The position numbers and the translations under genes were made by a program. 38,459 bases of DNA from an uncultured Anaerolineae bacterium (GTDB lineage: Bacteria > Chloroflexota > Anaerolineae > B4-G1 > SLSP01), in NCBI GenBank assembly GCA_965602565.1, contig CBFCZM010000002.1, positions 1 through 38,459 on the forward strand. The letters run 5' to 3'. Shown in pieces: positions 35,184 to 38,459 of this stretch. The notes under the pieces were generated by a model, which was not told the DNA's origin, ran no database searches, and was given only the letters and a program-made list of their open reading frames with translations. The stretch's first letter is position 1; every line of letters begins with the position of its first letter.

Positions 35184-36182
35184 ATGAAAGCCCTGACGAT
35201 TCACCAACCGAATCATGTCGATGTACAGGACGCCCCGGTGCCGGTACCCGGTCTCGATGAAATCCTGCTCCGGGTGGCTGCCTGCGGCGTCTGCGGTACG
35301 GATGTTCACATCTTTCGCGGTGAGTACCTGGGTGACTATCCGGTCATCCCGGGACACGAGTTCGCGGGGGAGGTGGTTGCGGTCGGCTCGGATGTGCGTC
35401 GCTTCCGGATCGGCGACCGTGTCGCGGTTGAGCCGAACATTGCGTGTGACAACTGCTACCCCTGCCTGAACAACCGTCAGAACTTCTGTCTGAACTGGCA
35501 GGCGGTCGGCGTGACGCGGCCTGGGGGCATGGCTGAGTTCGCTGTCGCCCCGGAGAAGGTGGTCTTCGATATCGGATCGCTTCCATACGAGCACGCTGCC
35601 TTTGTGGAACCGCTCTCCTGCGTCATCCATGGCATAGAGCGCACCGAGGTTAGGCTGGCGGATCGCATTGCGATCCTGGGTGCGGGGCCGATCGGGCTCC
35701 TGCTCTTGCAGGTGGTGATGCAACAGGGCGTGGCTGATGTGGCTGTGCTGGAGCGACAGCCTGCTCGGGCGAAGCTGGCGCTATCGCTGGGTGCGGCGAG
35801 CTGGGTCGATGACCTGGCGATGATGCCACCCGATGCCTTCGATGTCGTGATCGATGCGACCGGTGTACCGGGAGTGATGGCGCGGTCCGTGGAATTGGCG
35901 CGTCCTGGCGGCACGGTTCTGCTCTTCGGTGTGCCGCCGAGGGGCGCAGACCTGACGCTGGACGCGTTTGCCATCTTTGAGAAGGGGTTGACTCTGCGGT
36001 CCTCCTTCACATCCAAGCGCAACTCCTATCAGGCCGTTGCCATGCTGCAGTCCGGGCATCTCAAGGTGTCGGAGCTGATCTCCCATCGTCTGCCCCTGAG
36101 GGACTTCGAACGAGGTGTTGAGATGATCGAGTCAGGGCTCGACGGTGTCAAGAAAGTGCTGATGGTGCCCTCTCTTGCTTGA
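35184..36182 (+). CDS. Zinc-dependent medium-chain dehydrogenase/reductase (alcohol/threonine/sorbitol dehydrogenase family)
   Basis: 'ACGVCGTDVHIFRGEY', 'GHEFAGEVVAVG', structural-zinc Cys cluster 'CDNCYPCLNNRQNFC', and the Rossmann motif 'ILGAGPIGLL'. Confidence 0.9.
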   Translation: MKALTIHQPNHVDVQDAPVPVPGLDEILLRVAACGVCGTDVHIFRGEYLGDYPVIPGHEFAGEVVAVGSDVRRFRIGDRVAVEPNIACDNCYPCLNNRQNFCLNWQAVGVTRPGGMAEFAVAPEKVVFDIGSLPYEHAAFVEPLSCVIHGIERTEVRLADRIAILGAGPIGLLLLQVVMQQGVADVAVLERQPARAKLALSLGAASWVDDLAMMPPDAFDVVIDATGVPGVMARSVELARPGGTVLLFGVPPRGADLTLDAFAIFEKGLTLRSSFTSKRNSYQAVAMLQSGHLKVSELISHRLPLRDFERGVEMIESGLDGVKKVLMVPSLA

Positions 36183-36336
36183 CACTCGATGGAACTATGG
36201 TACTGTAGTCGTAATGAATGCGCTCAATCTGGCCTATGGCTATCACCATCATACGATCTTGACACCACCCAATGCGGGAGGTGCGGCTTCGCACGCATCG
36301 TGAAGCCTAACCTGGCTTGAGCAAGTTATCAATACA

Positions 36337-36364
36337 GCCCCCCGGATTGGACCGGGGGGCTTTT
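36337..36364 (+). terminator. Intrinsic terminator or attenuator hairpin 19 nt upstream of hisG (GCCCCCCGG-ATTGGA-CCGGGGGGC-TTTT)
   Basis: Perfect 9-bp GC stem, 6-nt loop and a T4 tail, seen directly. It lies 155 nt downstream of the dehydrogenase stop. Confidence 0.7.
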
Positions 36365-36382
36365 CCTATTAGGGGGAAGACT

Positions 36383-37393
36383 ATGCCCGAACGAACCGAT
36401 GTCCGCTTGTCCTTGCCCAGCAAAGGGCGCCTGGCTGAGGATACCGAGGCCTTTCTGGAGGCCTGCGGTCTGCGGATCTACAAGCCCAATCCACGCCAGT
36501 ATGCGGCGACAGTGCCTGCACTGCCTAACTTGACGGTGCTGCTCCAGCGCCCGACTGACATTGTGGTGAGCGTGCGAGATGGTAGCGTCGACGTCGGCGT
36601 AACGGGCCTTGACGTGACAAAGGAGTACGGCGGGGCCAATGGGGAGCTCCTGGTGCTCCACGAGGCGCTGGGGTTTGGCGCGTGCCGGTTGGCGATCGCG
36701 GTGCCAGAGGCCTGGGACAACATCCGAACGGTTGCAGATCTCGCCGCCGCGGTCTCACGCTGGGATCGACCGCTACGTGTAGCCACGAAGTTCACAAACC
36801 TGGCCGAGGTTTTCCTCAAGGAGCATAGTGTCGCACCCTTTACCCTTGTTCACTCTGAGGGGACGCTTGAGGTAGCGCCTGAGATTGGGTATGCGGATTG
36901 TATCGTGGACCTGGTCTCCTCGGGACAGACGCTGAAGGACAACCGGCTGCGCGCGTTGGACGACGGCGTCATTCTCCGGTCGCAAGCTGCTCTGGTGGTC
37001 AATCGCGCTGCGCTGCGCAGACGCCCCGAGGTGCTCAGTATCGCACGTACGTTGCTCGAGTTGGCCGAGGCGCATCTGCGGGCTCAGGAGCATGTCATGG
37101 TTGTGGCCAATATGCGCGGCGTATCGCCGGAACTCATTGCCCAACGCCTGTTCGAGCAAGATGTCCTGGGAGGCCTCCAGGGCCCCACGATCTCCCCGGT
37201 GGTGAGTGCGGACAGCAGCGAGAATTGGCACGCCGTGCAGATTGTGGTGCGACGCGATGACCTGATCCCGGCTATTGCCGAATTGCGTGCGATTGGTGGT
37301 AGTGGTGTGGTCGTGACGCCGGTAACTTACATTTTCGAAGAAGAGCCGGCGCGCATCCGGGCGATGATGCGGGCTGTGGAGCTGGAAGAGTAG
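36383..37393 (+). CDS. hisG: ATP phosphoribosyltransferase, long form with a C-terminal regulatory domain
   Basis: 'RLSLPSKGRLAE', 'ADCIVDLVSSGQTLKDN'. I prefer the ATG at 36383 (AGGGGGAAG upstream) over the track start at 36317, which would run through the terminator hairpin. Confidence 0.92.
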   Translation: MPERTDVRLSLPSKGRLAEDTEAFLEACGLRIYKPNPRQYAATVPALPNLTVLLQRPTDIVVSVRDGSVDVGVTGLDVTKEYGGANGELLVLHEALGFGACRLAIAVPEAWDNIRTVADLAAAVSRWDRPLRVATKFTNLAEVFLKEHSVAPFTLVHSEGTLEVAPEIGYADCIVDLVSSGQTLKDNRLRALDDGVILRSQAALVVNRAALRRRPEVLSIARTLLELAEAHLRAQEHVMVVANMRGVSPELIAQRLFEQDVLGGLQGPTISPVVSADSSENWHAVQIVVRRDDLIPAIAELRAIGGSGVVVTPVTYIFEEEPARIRAMMRAVELEE

Positions 37394-37404
37394 CGGAGGC
37401 TGTG

Positions 37405-38459
37405 ATGATTGCCGTCTACGAGAATGTTGAGTCGGCCGCGAGTATACTCAAGCGACGCATCATGTCTACGGTTGAGGATGTGCCCGAGGTCGTGCTGGGG
37501 AGCATCGAACGCGTCTTTGGCGAGGCTTTGACGCCTGAAGCCGCGGTGGCGCGTTTGCTGGCGGATGTGCGCGCACGCGGCGACGACGCACTGCGCGAAT
37601 GGACAGAACGCATCGACGGTGTGACCACGCAGGCTCTTGAGGTCCCCAAGTCAGCGTGGGCAGAGGCCCATAATGGCCTCTCGCCTGAACTGCGCGGGGC
37701 CATGGAACGGGCTGCCGAACGCATTCGCGACTTCCACGCGCGGCAGCCGATCCCCAACTGGACGTCGGATGAGATGGGCGGATTGCTGGGCCAGCGGTTG
37801 GTGCCGTTGGAGCGCGTGGGCGTCTATGTGCCCGGTGGCACGGCGCCGCTTCCCTCCTCCCTGCTAATGGCCGCTGTCCCGGCGCGCGTCGCCGGCGTCG
37901 ATGAAGTGATTGTATGCACGCCGGCAGACAAGCAGACCGGACAGCCATCGCCTCTGATCCTTGCGGCTGCTCAGGTGGCCGGCGTAGACCGGCTCTTCGT
38001 CCTTGGCGGTGCTTTGGCGGTTGCGGCAATGGCATTTGGAACGCCAAGCGTGCCGCCTGTCGACAAGGTTGTTGGCGCCGGGGGGCTCTTCACGACCGTT
38101 GCCAAGCGTCAGGTCTATGGTTTCGTGGGCCTGGATGGCATCTACGGGCCCACGGAGACGGTTGTCGTCGCCGATGACTCCGCCGATCCGCGCTGGGTAG
38201 CCGCGGACCTTCTTGCGCAAGCGGAGCACGACGTCTTGGCGACGGCAATCTTGTTGACGCCGTCCCGCACGCTGGCCGAGGCGGTGCAGGCTGAGGTCGC
38301 CCGGCAGGCGGCGCGGCTGACGCGCACCGATACCATCGAGATCTCCCTGGCCGGACAGGGGGGGATCGTGCTGACGCCGGACCTGGCCACCGCGGTCGCG
38401 GAGGCTGATGCTTTTGCCCCTGAACAATGCCGGCGGAACTCAGATGACGGGAAGCGATG
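37405..38459 (+). CDS. hisD: Histidinol dehydrogenase, 3' end off the window
   Basis: Absent from the ORF track because it is open at the window edge. My translation from the ATG at 37405 (GGAGG 5 nt upstream) gives 'MIAVYENVE...ARGDDALREWTERIDGV...VGVYVPGGTAPLPSSLLMAAVPARVAGV...AEHD...FAPE'. Confidence 0.9.
   Translation, partial: MIAVYENVESAASILKRRIMSTVEDVPEVVLGSIERVFGEALTPEAAVARLLADVRARGDDALREWTERIDGVTTQALEVPKSAWAEAHNGLSPELRGAMERAAERIRDFHARQPIPNWTSDEMGGLLGQRLVPLERVGVYVPGGTAPLPSSLLMAAVPARVAGVDEVIVCTPADKQTGQPSPLILAAAQVAGVDRLFVLGGALAVAAMAFGTPSVPPVDKVVGAGGLFTTVAKRQVYGFVGLDGIYGPTETVVVADDSADPRWVAADLLAQAEHDVLATAILLTPSRTLAEAVQAEVARQAARLTRTDTIEISLAGQGGIVLTPDLATAVAEADAFAPEQCRRNSDDGKR

Noticed and set aside
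34344-35723. 459-aa minus-strand ORF spanning the PfkB kinase 3' end, the intergenic spacer and the dehydrogenase 5' end
   Set aside because: Both plus-strand genes have strong family motifs and good RBSs. The antisense product is Arg-rich junk ('MHHHLQEQEPDRPRTQDRN...') with no domain signature. Its length is notable but is explained by stop-codon depletion in GC-rich antisense frames.
36183-36382. T-box or other known riboswitch upstream of hisG
   Set aside because: I could not find the conserved T-box sequence (AGGGUGGNACCGCG-like) or a specifier-loop/AG-bulge arrangement, and the region is shorter than typical T-box leaders. It is kept only as a generic attenuator hypothesis in the findings.
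37466-38427. Two long minus-strand ORFs (193 and 187 aa) at the right edge
   Set aside because: They lie antisense to hisD, whose plus-strand translation matches histidinol dehydrogenase motifs throughout. Both have an Arg/Pro-rich composition.
38422-38459. The hisD translation departs from the expected 'APEHLEL' motif at the very end ('FAPEQCRRNSDDGKR')
   Set aside because: It affects only the last ~35 nt at the window edge. I cannot distinguish true divergence, a frameshift, or a contig-end or assembly artefact without downstream sequence.
1-38459. Search for CRISPR arrays, tRNA/rRNA/tmRNA genes, transposases, integrases, reverse transcriptases, toxin-antitoxin pairs and long direct or terminal inverted repeats
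   Set aside because: I recognised none by eye on either strand. There are no regularly spaced repeats, no tRNA T-arm/acceptor pattern and no recombinase-like ORF. A computational scan (tRNAscan-SE, Infernal, minced, ISEScan) would be needed to make this negative result firm.

Overview
This is a GC-rich bacterial chromosomal segment. The protein styles suggest a Chloroflexota-like filamentous bacterium, but that is inference only: a GT39 with LPxGxY modules, a CHAT/STAND/TPR protein, a LuxR-Kelch protein, and a tad locus without a secretin.

I support about 29 protein-coding genes. Most are housekeeping:
- der, tsaD, tilS, prfB (split in the ORF track by its canonical programmed +1 frameshift), ftsY and sfsA
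- comF, hpf, lon, folC, hisG and hisD (hisD is open at the right edge)
- a deoxynucleoside kinase, an M24 peptidase, a PfkB (PsuK-like) kinase and a Zn-dehydrogenase

There is also a coupled GT2/GT39 envelope-glycosylation pair at the left edge and a five-gene tad/cpa pilus operon (cpaB, REC-cpaE, cpaF, tadB, tadC). By eye I found no rRNA, tRNA, CRISPR array, transposase, integrase or reverse transcriptase.

Nothing here is unambiguously a new system. The best candidates for follow-up are:
1. A stand-alone 1086-aa CHAT-protease/STAND-NTPase/TPR protein with Avs/NLR-like architecture.
2. A translationally coupled pair of divergent SPFH (band-7)-like membrane proteins, followed by a 680-bp unassigned region.
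3. A 414-aa protein combining a Ser/Arg-rich tail, a coiled coil, a PH/GRAM-like module and a C-terminal zinc ribbon, embedded in a translation-factor gene string.
4. A membrane-anchored LuxR-HTH/Kelch one-component regulator.
5. A structured 200-nt leader upstream of hisG, with two competing small ORFs and a perfect terminator hairpin.

All domain calls come from motif recognition by eye. None is backed by a search.
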